Assembly (NCBI GenBank): GCA_043808155.1
Contig: JAZDFD010000014.1
Location: 1-64,000 of the forward strand
From: Candidatus Iainarchaeum sp.
Lineage (GTDB): Archaea; Iainarchaeota; Iainarchaeia; Iainarchaeales; JAZDFD01
DNA length: 64,000 nucleotides
Direction of reading: 5' to 3'
Below, in pieces: positions 1 to 9,322 of the stretch. The notes under the pieces were generated by a model. It was not told where the DNA came from and ran no database searches. It saw only the letters and a list, made by a program, of their open reading frames with translations. The position numbers and the translations under genes are program-made. Each line of letters opens with the position of its first letter. Within the stretch, counting starts at the first letter, position 1.

Positions 1-1205
1 GCTTTGATTATTTCTTTCATTTTTTTAAGTGCTTTCCCTGATTCTAAAATTTCAGTTGCAATTTTTTTACCCTGTCCTTTTTTCGCTTTTCCTGAAAGTT
101 CAAGTAGTAATCCTGCTAAGTCACAGCTTTTTTCAGCTAAATTGTCAAAAATATCGCCTTCTAAAATTTGTAAAACATATCTTGCTTCAAGTGCAGGACC
201 AAATGCTTTTCCGCTTGGTTCTGTTCCGTCAGTTATTGCAACTTCAACTTTTATACCGACATTTTTACCAACCTGTATGAATTTCCTTGCCATGTCTTGT
301 GCACGTTCTATTGTTGTTATTTTTACATCCGGACCCACGGGTAAATCAATTACCAAAAATTCTGCGCCAACTGATGCTTTCTTTGCCATAACTGATGCAA
401 TTATCTGGCCGTCAGGATCCAATCCTAAAGGATGCTCAATCTTAATTATTTTATCATCCACTGGTGCTAAATCCAAAGAACCGCCCCATGCAATTACCCC
501 GCCTACCTTTTCCACAATCTGTTTTATTTTTTTAGAATCTAATGAAACATTTGCAAGAACTTCCATTGCATCAGCAGTTCCTGCAGGTGAAGTAATGCTT
601 CTTGAGCTTGTTTTAGGAATATAAAGTCCGGCAGCAGCCACAATCGGAACAATAATCATTGTTGCTCTTCCATTAGTTCCGCCAATGCTGTGTTTGTCAC
701 CTATGGGTTTTTTTGAAATGTTAATAATGCCCCCGTCATTTTTAAGTGCTTTTGTCATTGCAATAGTTTCTGATAACGTATATCCGTGAATAAAAATTGC
801 AGAAGTGAAAGCCGCAGCTTCAATTTCACTTATTTTATTATCTCCCAAGTCTCTTACAATTTCGTTAATTTCATTATCACTCAAAACCTGTCCGCGCATT
901 TTCTTTTTTATGAATTCAACGCTTTCAGGCTGTGCAACTGCTTTAACATCCAATTTCTGCCCGCCTTTTGCAAGAAGATGTCTTTTCACGTCATTATAAA
1001 TGCCTATTTCGCCTTTTTTGACCATTGTGTTTGTAGTGTCAACAACAGTAACTGTGCATCTTTTGTTTTTAGGATTGATTATTTCAAGCCTATCAAGTGC
1101 AAAAATGCCTAATTCACGCGCATCTGCTTCATGAATAAGCGAAATTTGCTTTCCTGATGCAATATCAAAGAGCTTTACTTTCATTTCTTTTACATAATTA
1201 TTCAT
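1..1205 (-). CDS. AMP phosphorylase (thymidine phosphorylase family), 3' end runs off the window
   Basis: Not in the ORF track. Manual minus-strand translation from ATG 1205 (or 1184): MKVKLFDIASGKQISLIHEADARELG... with DKHSIGG and KTSSRSITSPAGTADAMEVLA motifs of archaeal AMP phosphorylases. Confidence 0.9.
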   Translation of the reverse strand, partial: MNNYVKEMKVKLFDIASGKQISLIHEADARELGIFALDRLEIINPKNKRCTVTVVDTTNTMVKKGEIGIYNDVKRHLLAKGGQKLDVKAVAQPESVEFIKKKMRGQVLSDNEINEIVRDLGDNKISEIEAAAFTSAIFIHGYTLSETIAMTKALKNDGGIINISKKPIGDKHSIGGTNGRATMIIVPIVAAAGLYIPKTSSRSITSPAGTADAMEVLANVSLDSKKIKQIVEKVGGVIAWGGSLDLAPVDDKIIKIEHPLGLDPDGQIIASVMAKKASVGAEFLVIDLPVGPDVKITTIERAQDMARKFIQVGKNVGIKVEVAITDGTEPSGKAFGPALEARYVLQILEGDIFDNLAEKSCDLAGLLLELSGKAKKGQGKKIATEILESGKALKKMKEIIK

Positions 1206-1323
1206 TTTATCCCAATAAAGAAACAAGCTTAAAGTATTTAAATTTGAGTTTTTAAACCCCTCTTTGCAGAGAACAGAAACAAATAATAAAAGTTCTAATT
1301 CTAGTATATGCGGGGTTTAGAGA

Positions 1324-1461
1324 ATGAAACAGTCACTGATTAAATTGGGGGTTCCTTTGGGACTTACACTTCCTGCATTGTATTTCTCATATGAATATGC
1401 TGTGCTTACAGGGCTAGTTTTTGTGGCTTTGTATATAGTTCTTTATTCTGAGGTGTTGTAA
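1324..1461 (+). CDS. small hydrophobic membrane protein, 45 aa
   Basis: Manual ORF MKQSLIKLGVPLGLTLPALYFSYEYAVLTGLVFVALYIVLYSEVL; GGGGT upstream; stop overlaps next ATG (TAATG). Confidence 0.55.
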   Translation: MKQSLIKLGVPLGLTLPALYFSYEYAVLTGLVFVALYIVLYSEVL

Positions 1462-1874
1462 TGTCTAGCATTTCATTAAAACTCAGGGACCTTTCTGGTA
1501 AATTAAAGAAATTAATTTCTGATGATAAAGAAAAAATTGTTGTTTCTGATTTAGGTTCAGAAACAGGCAATGTAAAAAAAGCCAGACCCCTTTCACGAAG
1601 TGTGATTTCTGAAATGAATATTTCTTCCGGAGGTTCAAACCTTAAACGAGACATGCGGACAATTGCAGAAACAGTTTCGCAGATTAAATCAATTGTTGAA
1701 ACTAATAACAAAAAAAAATTCCGCGTAGATGTAGTGCTTAAAAATAGCGGGCGTTCTGATTTAATGATTTTAGATGCGCGTTTCATTGATCACACTGACC
1801 GCGGTTTAGTAGAACAACTTTACCAGCGCGCAATGGATGAATGGAAACCTATTTACATTACTTTGAAATATTAG
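1461..1874 (+). CDS. hypothetical protein
   Basis: 137-aa ORF with GAGGTG RBS; no motif recognised. Confidence 0.6.
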   Translation: MSSISLKLRDLSGKLKKLISDDKEKIVVSDLGSETGNVKKARPLSRSVISEMNISSGGSNLKRDMRTIAETVSQIKSIVETNNKKKFRVDVVLKNSGRSDLMILDARFIDHTDRGLVEQLYQRAMDEWKPIYITLKY

Positions 1875-1876
1875 AA

Positions 1877-2401
1877 TCAATCTTTGCTAATTTTTCTTGT
1901 GAATACTTTATCAAGTTGCGTCCCTGATATATTAGTAAATCTTCTTTGCCCGCTTCGTGCATCTGCACTTTTCAAAATTAGCATAGCTATTACATTAATT
2001 GCATTTTGAACTTTCTTAATTTCTTCATTATTCTTTTTATACGGCCAGCATTCTGAAACAAATTTTCTCATATTTTCGGGATTTTGAACATGTGCTTTAA
2101 CTAATTCTTTTACAAATTTTTTTTCATCAAAACCTGATGTTCTTGCAAGAGTTTCAATTTCTGCACCAATTATCTTTATCAAATTAATTCTTTTACCTGT
2201 AATGCGGTCCATAAGAGTTGCACAAATAAGTCCGCGTTTTGTCAATTTTAATGCCAATTCTCTGCAGGCGAGTGTTTCATGAGAAAGACGTTTTTTACCA
2301 GCGCGTTTGGTTTCTCTAATTTCATCTTCCCCAAACAAACCAAGCTGAACTCGTTTTTGAGTTTTCCCTTTTTTACCAGGTCTCATAGAAATAGAACGCA
2401 T
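1877..2401 (-). CDS. hypothetical basic protein
   Basis: 174-aa ORF downstream of pyrF with Lys/Arg-rich N-terminus. Confidence 0.55.
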   Translation of the reverse strand: MRSISMRPGKKGKTQKRVQLGLFGEDEIRETKRAGKKRLSHETLACRELALKLTKRGLICATLMDRITGKRINLIKIIGAEIETLARTSGFDEKKFVKELVKAHVQNPENMRKFVSECWPYKKNNEEIKKVQNAINVIAMLILKSADARSGQRRFTNISGTQLDKVFTRKISKD

Positions 2402-2416
2402 TTAATCTATTTAATT

Positions 2417-3274
2417 TTATTTGAAGCCAATTTCTTTATTTAATTTCTCAAGTGCTTTTGCAGATGCCTTTGCGAAATTTACGTCATGGCTTTTCTCATG
2501 TGCATAATTAATGTCTGAAGAAGAATTAATCCTCACAATACCTAGGTCATATTTCACTTTTCTTAGACTGTCAGTAACTTCTTTTGCGCTTCCGCCCTGA
2601 GCGCCAACACCAGGAATCAAAAGTGGAACAGGATTTTTTTGAGATGAATAAAATCTCACAATCGTTTCTAATTCATTTAATGAAGTAGCGCCAACAACTG
2701 CACCCACATTTCCATGTGCGTTATTTCCCCACTCAACAATTTTTTCCGCAACTTTCATATACAATTCTTTTCCATCAACTTTCAGATTCTGGATTTCTGC
2801 TGCCCCCTTGTTTGAAGTTCTATTTAGAATGTAAATCCCCTTCCCGCGCGTTTCACATTCTTTTATGAAAGGCCCAACAGAATCCGCACCCATGTAAGGT
2901 GCAACTGTTAGTGAATCTGCTTCCCAGAAATCAAATGCTTCTTTTGCATATGCAGATGATGTTTTGCCAATGTCTCCGCGTTTGCCGTCAAAAATTACAG
3001 GGATGCTTAATTTCCTTGATTTTTTAATTATTTTTTCAAGTGCTTTCAGTCCGTCAAACCCATATTGTGCATAAAAAGCATAATTTGGTTTTACCGCTCC
3101 TGGCAACGAACCTTCCCTCACAAACTCATCTAACATTTCAATGTAAAAATCAGAAATCATTTCTTTGATATCATGATGTTCATGAGGGATTCTTTCAATA
3201 ATTGGGTCTAAACCGACACAAACAATACTCTCATTTCTTTCTGCAATATCTCTTAATAAATCAACATAATCCAT
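2417..3274 (-). CDS. pyrF: orotidine-5'-phosphate decarboxylase
   Basis: CVGLDP, KPNYAFY, DGKRGDIG and LIPGVGAQGG motifs. Confidence 0.95.
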   Translation of the reverse strand: MDYVDLLRDIAERNESIVCVGLDPIIERIPHEHHDIKEMISDFYIEMLDEFVREGSLPGAVKPNYAFYAQYGFDGLKALEKIIKKSRKLSIPVIFDGKRGDIGKTSSAYAKEAFDFWEADSLTVAPYMGADSVGPFIKECETRGKGIYILNRTSNKGAAEIQNLKVDGKELYMKVAEKIVEWGNNAHGNVGAVVGATSLNELETIVRFYSSQKNPVPLLIPGVGAQGGSAKEVTDSLRKVKYDLGIVRINSSSDINYAHEKSHDVNFAKASAKALEKLNKEIGFK

Positions 3275-3355
3275 TTTCTAACCTTACCGTTCCATGTCCA
3301 GTTTCTAACTTTACTATTCTATGCCAAGTTTCTAACTTTACATTTCTATTCCGAC
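3275..3355. repeat. three imperfect 27-bp tandem copies of the pyrE 3' end and spacer
   Basis: tttctaaccttaccgttccatgtccag (3275), tttctaactttactattctatgccaag (3302), tttctaactttacatttctattccgac (3329). Confidence 0.85.
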
Positions 3356-3997
3356 TTTTGACGCCCAGTTTTCAGGATCTTTTGAAAATTCAAGAATTTT
3401 TTTCTTTTCATCTTCATTTATTTTATCCTTTTCAAATGCGACCTGAACAAGAGTTGCAAAATCTGTTAGTGTGTAAAGTGTAACATCCGCATCCTCAAAT
3501 CTGTATTTTGCTTTTGGAAGCTGGTATGTGAAAATCGCAACACAGTTTTTCACTTTTCCACCTGCGTCTCTGACTGCATTTACCACATTAATTAAGCTTC
3601 CACCAGTGCTTATTAAATCTTCAACAATAAGAACTCTCTTCCCAGGATCTAATTTGCCTTCAATTCTGTTTTCTAAACCATGGTCTTTTGCATCTACTCT
3701 TACATAAATAAGAGGTTTTTCCATTCGTTCTGCAAGCCATGCTGCAGGGGGGATTCCTGAAGTTGCAACTCCTGCAACAACATCAACTCTTTCAGAACCA
3801 ATTTTATCATTAACTAATTTTTGCATATATGCCATAACTTTCCTTCTTTCTTCTGTATGGCTCATCAAAAGTCTGTTATCCGTATAAATAGGTGATAAAA
3901 TTCCCGAAACCCATTTGTATGGTTTCTTAAAATTCAGTTTCACAGCATTTATGTCCAGAAGAATTGCTGCAATTTCTTTTTTGTGTCTGTCAAGCAT
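3338..3997 (-). CDS. pyrE: orotate phosphoribosyltransferase
   Basis: SGILSPIYTDNR, KDHG and IVEDLISTGGS PRPP-binding loop; start moved to ATG 3997 behind a GGGGG RBS. Confidence 0.95.
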   Translation of the reverse strand: MLDRHKKEIAAILLDINAVKLNFKKPYKWVSGILSPIYTDNRLLMSHTEERRKVMAYMQKLVNDKIGSERVDVVAGVATSGIPPAAWLAERMEKPLIYVRVDAKDHGLENRIEGKLDPGKRVLIVEDLISTGGSLINVVNAVRDAGGKVKNCVAIFTYQLPKAKYRFEDADVTLYTLTDFATLVQVAFEKDKINEDEKKKILEFSKDPENWASKVGIEM

Positions 3998-4013
3998 TTC
4001 AAAACCCCCATTT

Positions 4014-4859
4014 CTATCTGCATATTCCCTTACTATAATCATCCACGGAAACCTTTTTACCTGTTTTCGCTCTGCAGAATTTTCCAAACTCACTGAGCTT
4101 TGATAATTTTGCTGAATTGAAAACCGTTCCATCCATGCAAACTAATTTATCGTCAATTGCGCATTGACCGCAGACGCCAAATCCGCATTTCATATATCTT
4201 TCTAAACTCAGTTCGCAGTTTGTTTTGTTTCTTTTTGTGATTTCATAAATTTTCTTCAGCATAATTTCAGGTCCGCAGCCATAAACTAAATCAAATTTTT
4301 CTTTTTTCATCAATTCGTCAAGGACGTCTGTTGCATAACCTTTCACGCCTTTACTTCCATCGTCAGTGCTTATGTATAAGTTCTTACCTAAGTTCGTCTC
4401 AAGCTCTTTCAGATAAATGAATTTTCCTTTATCTGCTGCGCCGTAAATTAATTTTACTTTTACTTTTTTTTCTAAAAGTTTATTCAGAAGCATTTTCAAA
4501 GTTGCAATTCCCACACCGCCAGCAATAATGCAGACTTTTTTCATTTTATCAGTTGTGAATGCATTTCCATAGGGACCCCGCACTCCTAAAAAATCACCTT
4601 GCTTAAGTTTGAGAACTTGGCGTGTGAATTCACCGCGCTTCTGCACACTAACGGTTAAAGGATGTGAATTAACAATTGCAAAAGGTTTCTCATCAACTTC
4701 CGGAAGCCACAGCATCAGAAATTGTCCGGGGTGTGAACATATGCAAGTATCCATTTCAAAAGTTTTAACGTCCTGATTTTCAGAAATTACTTTTTTGATT
4801 TTGTAAGTTATTGGTTTGTCAGTACTTCGGCAGGTACATTTATGCTCCGTCATGTGCAA
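4014..4859 (-). CDS. pyrK: dihydroorotate dehydrogenase electron transfer subunit
   Basis: PGQF, RGPYG, AGGVG, CGP and MKCGFGVCGQC 2Fe-2S motif. Confidence 0.95.
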   Translation of the reverse strand: MHMTEHKCTCRSTDKPITYKIKKVISENQDVKTFEMDTCICSHPGQFLMLWLPEVDEKPFAIVNSHPLTVSVQKRGEFTRQVLKLKQGDFLGVRGPYGNAFTTDKMKKVCIIAGGVGIATLKMLLNKLLEKKVKVKLIYGAADKGKFIYLKELETNLGKNLYISTDDGSKGVKGYATDVLDELMKKEKFDLVYGCGPEIMLKKIYEITKRNKTNCELSLERYMKCGFGVCGQCAIDDKLVCMDGTVFNSAKLSKLSEFGKFCRAKTGKKVSVDDYSKGICR

Positions 4860-5763
4860 TCCCTCTTATGTCTTCAAGTGTTTTCACTTTATTGTCTTTC
4901 ATCCATGTTTCCATTTCTCTGCAAATTAATTTGAAAGTATTGGCTCCGCGATAATAAACTGCGCTTCCAACCCCAACCGCAGTTGCACCTGCCTGTATCA
5001 TTTCAATTGCATCTTCGCCAGTTGTAATTCCTCCTGTTCCAAGAATTGGAATCTTTACTGATTTGTAAATATCATAAACACATCTTACTGCAATTGGTTT
5101 TAGTGCAGGTCCTGAAACCCCGCCCCATTTGAAAGCCATAATTGGTTTTCCAGTGTTAATGTCAATCATCATTCCAGGCCCCATTGAGTTGACTGCAGTA
5201 ATTGCATCTGCACCATTCTTCTCTGCAGCTTTTGCAACATCTCCCAATGCCTGAACATTTGGTGAAAGTTTTACAATCAAAGGTTTTTTTGTGACTTTTC
5301 TGCAGGCCTTAGTAATTTCTGCAGTTTTCTCTGGTGTTGAATGTCCTGCAAGAGTTCCATAACCAGGTGTATGCGGACATGAAAGAGGAATTTCAACTGC
5401 ATCAAAATCCATTTTATCAAAAACTTTTACAACTTGTGCAAACTCTTCTGCTGTTTTTCCTATCGCACTCCCTATCACAGGAACACCAACACTTTTCAAA
5501 TCACTGAATTCTTCTTTTGCATTCTCTAAACCTGCGTTGCTGTACCCCACTGCGTTCATCAACCCAGCTTCAAATGCAATAACACTTGGGTTTTTGTGTC
5601 CTGTTCTTGGCTCAATTGAAATACTTTTTATTGTAACTGCACCTGCACCGCCCTGTGCTGCAATTTTCAGAGTGCCTTTGCTAACGCCCAGAATTCCAGA
5701 CGCCAAAATAGTGGGATTTTCTAATTTTATTCCGCAGAATTTTGTTTCAAGTAATTTACTCAT
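4840..5763 (-). CDS. pyrD: dihydroorotate dehydrogenase family 1B catalytic subunit
   Basis: LASG, SCPH, VKLSPN and GGVSGPALKP motifs. Confidence 0.95.
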   Translation of the reverse strand: MSKLLETKFCGIKLENPTILASGILGVSKGTLKIAAQGGAGAVTIKSISIEPRTGHKNPSVIAFEAGLMNAVGYSNAGLENAKEEFSDLKSVGVPVIGSAIGKTAEEFAQVVKVFDKMDFDAVEIPLSCPHTPGYGTLAGHSTPEKTAEITKACRKVTKKPLIVKLSPNVQALGDVAKAAEKNGADAITAVNSMGPGMMIDINTGKPIMAFKWGGVSGPALKPIAVRCVYDIYKSVKIPILGTGGITTGEDAIEMIQAGATAVGVGSAVYYRGANTFKLICREMETWMKDNKVKTLEDIRGIAHDGA

Positions 5764-7079
5764 TGAAAAACAACCTCTTTCCCATTAATTTTATTAACAA
5801 TTTTCCCGTTCTCAAAAATTACATTTCCGTTTACTAATGTTTTCTCAATAACTCCTTTTAATTTCATACCATTATAAGGAGACCATTTGCATTTAGTGAA
5901 TAGATTTTTGTTTTTAATTTCAGTTTCTTTTTCTAAATCAATCACTATCAAATCAGCATCAAATCCCTCTTTTATGAATCCTTTATTTTTTATTCCAAAG
6001 ATTTCCGCGGGCTTTTCACTGCACATTGCTACTACTCTGTTCAAACTTAAATCCCCTTCCAATGCTGCATTTAACATTAAACTCCCGAAAGTATCCAATT
6101 CGGGAATTCCCGGAAGTGCGTGGAAATAATCGCATTCTTTATCTTCTTTCAGATGGGGTGCGTGATCAGTTGCAATAATATCAATAATTTCATTATTCAC
6201 TGAGTTCCATAGAACTCCTCTGTCATAATTCTCTCTGAGAGGAGGGTTTACTTTCCCATAATTTCCCAATTTTTTCAGTGAATCAACTCCCAAAAACAGA
6301 TGGTGCGGTGCAACTTCGCAGGTTAATAAAAGCCCTTCTTTTTTTGCATGATCAATAATTTCAGTTTCTTTTGCTGTTGACACGTGACAAATATGTGTTT
6401 TTGTTTCATTTTCTCTGCAAAATTTAATGACTTTCTCAGTTGCAATTTTTGCTGCTTCATTGTTTCGTATTAAATGATGTTTCTCAACTGAGTTCCAGTC
6501 GTCTTCTTTTGCTTTTGAAAAGTTTTTTGCAAGAAGTGTGTTATCTTCTGCATGTACAACAGCGGGTTTACTGATTTTTCTGCAAAGTTTAAATACTTCT
6601 TTTATTTTGTCGTCATTTTCAAGAATTAAATCGCCTGTTGTGTGACCCATGTAAATTTTAACACCCGCAATGTTTTCTGCCTTAACAATTTCCTCCTGAT
6701 TTCCTGACGTTGCTCCCAAAAAGAAACCAAAATTCACTAATGAATCATCACATGCAACTTCTCTCTTCTTTTCAAGGGTTTCAACATTAGTTGTTGCAGG
6801 TTTTGTATTTGGCATATCAAAAAGTGTTGTCACTCCGCCCTGCAATGCAGCCCTGCTCCCTGTTTTCCAATCTTCCTTGTTTTCAAAACCCGGCACGCGT
6901 AAATGAACATGTGCATCTATAAAACCAGGGAGAATAAATTTTCCCGAACAGTCAATTATTTCATCAGCTTTTAACTCGTCTTTTAAAATTTTTACGATTT
7001 TTCCTTTTTCTAAAAACAGATTTGTTTCTTCAAACTTACCATTTATGTAAACTTTCCCGTTCTTCAAGCATTTCTCCAT
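5760..7079 (-). CDS. pyrC: dihydroorotase
   Basis: PGFIDAHVHLR, DMPNT, HAED, KVNPPLR and TDHAPH motifs. Confidence 0.95.
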   Translation of the reverse strand: MEKCLKNGKVYINGKFEETNLFLEKGKIVKILKDELKADEIIDCSGKFILPGFIDAHVHLRVPGFENKEDWKTGSRAALQGGVTTLFDMPNTKPATTNVETLEKKREVACDDSLVNFGFFLGATSGNQEEIVKAENIAGVKIYMGHTTGDLILENDDKIKEVFKLCRKISKPAVVHAEDNTLLAKNFSKAKEDDWNSVEKHHLIRNNEAAKIATEKVIKFCRENETKTHICHVSTAKETEIIDHAKKEGLLLTCEVAPHHLFLGVDSLKKLGNYGKVNPPLRENYDRGVLWNSVNNEIIDIIATDHAPHLKEDKECDYFHALPGIPELDTFGSLMLNAALEGDLSLNRVVAMCSEKPAEIFGIKNKGFIKEGFDADLIVIDLEKETEIKNKNLFTKCKWSPYNGMKLKGVIEKTLVNGNVIFENGKIVNKINGKEVVFQ

Positions 7080-7086
7080 GTACTCA

Positions 7087-8013
7087 CTAAATCTTTTTTC
7101 CAAGTAATTCGCAAATTAACGCCTGCCTTACAGGGATTCCGTTTTTTGCCTGCTCAAAATATACTGCGTGTTTTGTTTCGTCAACGTCTTTTTTAATTTC
7201 ATCAATTCTCGGAAGCGGATGCATGATTTTTAATTTTGGTTTTGTCTTCTTCAGCAAGTCTTTTGTGATGACATATTGGCCTTCATAATGTTTGTAACCT
7301 TCAACATCTGAAAATCTTTCCTTGGCAAGTCTTGTGACGTACAAAATATCCAGCTGGGACAAAACTTTTTCCAAATCTTCAGTTTCAGTAAATTTCACTT
7401 TTGATTTTCTTAAATCATCTGTGAATTCTTTTCTCATTTTTGTATTTTCATGTGAAATTAAATATATTTCATTTTTGAAATTTGATAATCCGCGCACTAA
7501 TGAATTTGCTGCTCTGTAATATTTTAAAGCACCAACAATCCCAATTTTCAAGCCGTCTAATTTTTTGCATTCTTTTTTGATTGTGTAAAGATCCAGTAAT
7601 GTTTGTGTTGGATGTTCGTTTGTTCCGTCTCCGCCGTTGACTAAGGGTACGGAACTGACTTTTGCTGCTTTATTTGCTGAAAATTCTTCAGGATGTCTCA
7701 TAACAATAATATCTGAATATCCTGAAACAACTTTGATTGTGTCTTCAAGACTTTCTCCTTTTGAAACAGAACTTCCTTCAGTTCCTGAAAAGCCAAGCGT
7801 TGACATTCCCAAACCAGATGCCGCAGCTTCAAATGAAAATCTTGTTCTTGTTGAAGGTTCAAAAAACAGATATGTCAGAATATGACCATGGAGAAGCTTT
7901 GCTTTTTTAGCACGTGACATCTTCTCAAGCTTTGCAGCTGTTTTGAGAATATGCATAATTTCCTTTTTGCTCAGGTCATTAATGCTTGTGAGATTTTTCC
8001 CTTTTAGCGCCAA
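7087..8013 (-). CDS. pyrB: aspartate carbamoyltransferase catalytic subunit
   Basis: FFEPSTRTR, HPTQTLLD and HPLPR motifs; probable TTG start at 8013 behind a GGGGG RBS. Confidence 0.95.
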   Translation of the reverse strand: MALKGKNLTSINDLSKKEIMHILKTAAKLEKMSRAKKAKLLHGHILTYLFFEPSTRTRFSFEAAASGLGMSTLGFSGTEGSSVSKGESLEDTIKVVSGYSDIIVMRHPEEFSANKAAKVSSVPLVNGGDGTNEHPTQTLLDLYTIKKECKKLDGLKIGIVGALKYYRAANSLVRGLSNFKNEIYLISHENTKMRKEFTDDLRKSKVKFTETEDLEKVLSQLDILYVTRLAKERFSDVEGYKHYEGQYVITKDLLKKTKPKLKIMHPLPRIDEIKKDVDETKHAVYFEQAKNGIPVRQALICELLGKKI

Positions 8014-8143
8014 TCTAACCCCCAAATAATGTATGTATAATTCTATATAAATGTAATGTAAATAAATGTAACGAGTAAATATGATGTAACTGGCACAGGC
8101 AGCCTTTTATTTCTCATATTACATATTTTATTAGGAGTTAGCT

Positions 8144-9322
8144 ATGTTTTCAAAACCTGGGCGAAGTGCAAAAAGCAGAGGAAGGCAGAAGGCAGTTCAA
8201 GGAAGCCGAACAGAAAAGCCAGTTACAAGAAGAGACAAGCGTGGACTGCGTAGGTTAAGACGTACCAAAAATAAAAAAATTTATTTCAAAAATTTTATTG
8301 ACCGGTTTGCCAAGGAAGTTACCGATGCATTACATACTGAAATAGGACATGCGAATTCCATGTTTCCGAATTTTTCAGGATACTTTTTTTCTTTAGTCCC
8401 TATGCCTAAGAAGGGTCATTTTTCAGGAGTTCCTGGGGATATTGTGCATGTGCAGGAAGCTCAAGGCAGAAAAGATATTAATGTTGTAGATGTCGAAGGC
8501 CATGTGAATTTAAGGTCAAAACAAGATAAGCTTGGGCCAGACAATGAGGGAATAGTTGTAACTAGTTCTGCCTGTCGCCAACTGTTGGATGCTCATTATG
8601 AAAGACCATCGGAATCCCCAGAAACACATATTCTCAGACTTGCAACCCTTCTTGATGCAGGTGTTGAAAGAATCCACGAAGAAAAAGGTGGGCGGTCTTA
8701 TGCTGTTGCTCAACTAACAAGCGTTGTTCGCGATAACAAAAGAAAAGGAACTCATTTATATTGCTTTTTGGCTGGTTCAAAACTCTTTATAATTCAAAAT
8801 GGAAAGGTTCACACAATAAGCAGTGGAGATTTCGTGAATTTAGATGCGGAAGTAGATGCAAGAATATTCAAATTCAAAATCGAGAAAGGAATTAGAGTGC
8901 CAACAGGTTATGATACACAACTTTTGAAGAAACTTGGTGAAAAAAAATCCGTAAAAATTCCTGAAGGTTTGCCATTAGGTTTTGGCGGGCTCGGAAACCA
9001 ATACAATGTAGTCCATTTCTTTTTTCCAGATCGTTCAAAAACCGATTTGGCAATACTTACAGATGGAATTGAAGAACAAATGGGCAAAGACGGACAAAGA
9101 TTTTACGATAAACTAATTCCTGAACTTGAAAGAATTTCTAAAATGAAAAACCTGCAAGGAAGCGGAGACTTAAGTTCTTTCAGAAAAAGTATTGAACTTA
9201 TTAAATCACTTGCACGACACATGGGTTATAATCCTGAAAAAATGACTGCTGAACAACTTTTGTCTTTACCCCTTTCAGATGATGCAACTTCAGCTCATGT
9301 AAAACTTACTCCCGGAAAGTAA
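8144..9322 (+). CDS. divergent PPM/PP2C (SpoIIE/RsbU-like) phosphatase-domain protein with basic N-terminus
   Basis: PGD, DVEGH, LTDGIEE and SDDAT appear in the order of the metal-binding motifs of SpoIIE-type phosphatases. Confidence 0.6.
   Translation: MFSKPGRSAKSRGRQKAVQGSRTEKPVTRRDKRGLRRLRRTKNKKIYFKNFIDRFAKEVTDALHTEIGHANSMFPNFSGYFFSLVPMPKKGHFSGVPGDIVHVQEAQGRKDINVVDVEGHVNLRSKQDKLGPDNEGIVVTSSACRQLLDAHYERPSESPETHILRLATLLDAGVERIHEEKGGRSYAVAQLTSVVRDNKRKGTHLYCFLAGSKLFIIQNGKVHTISSGDFVNLDAEVDARIFKFKIEKGIRVPTGYDTQLLKKLGEKKSVKIPEGLPLGFGGLGNQYNVVHFFFPDRSKTDLAILTDGIEEQMGKDGQRFYDKLIPELERISKMKNLQGSGDLSSFRKSIELIKSLARHMGYNPEKMTAEQLLSLPLSDDATSAHVKLTPGK

Noticed and set aside
4-1112. Plus-strand ORFs listed at the window start
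   Set aside because: Antisense to the AMP phosphorylase gene, which the ORF track missed because its stop lies outside the window
3275-3355. Mini CRISPR array
   Set aside because: Units are contiguous with no unique spacers, derive from the pyrE coding end, and no cas genes are present
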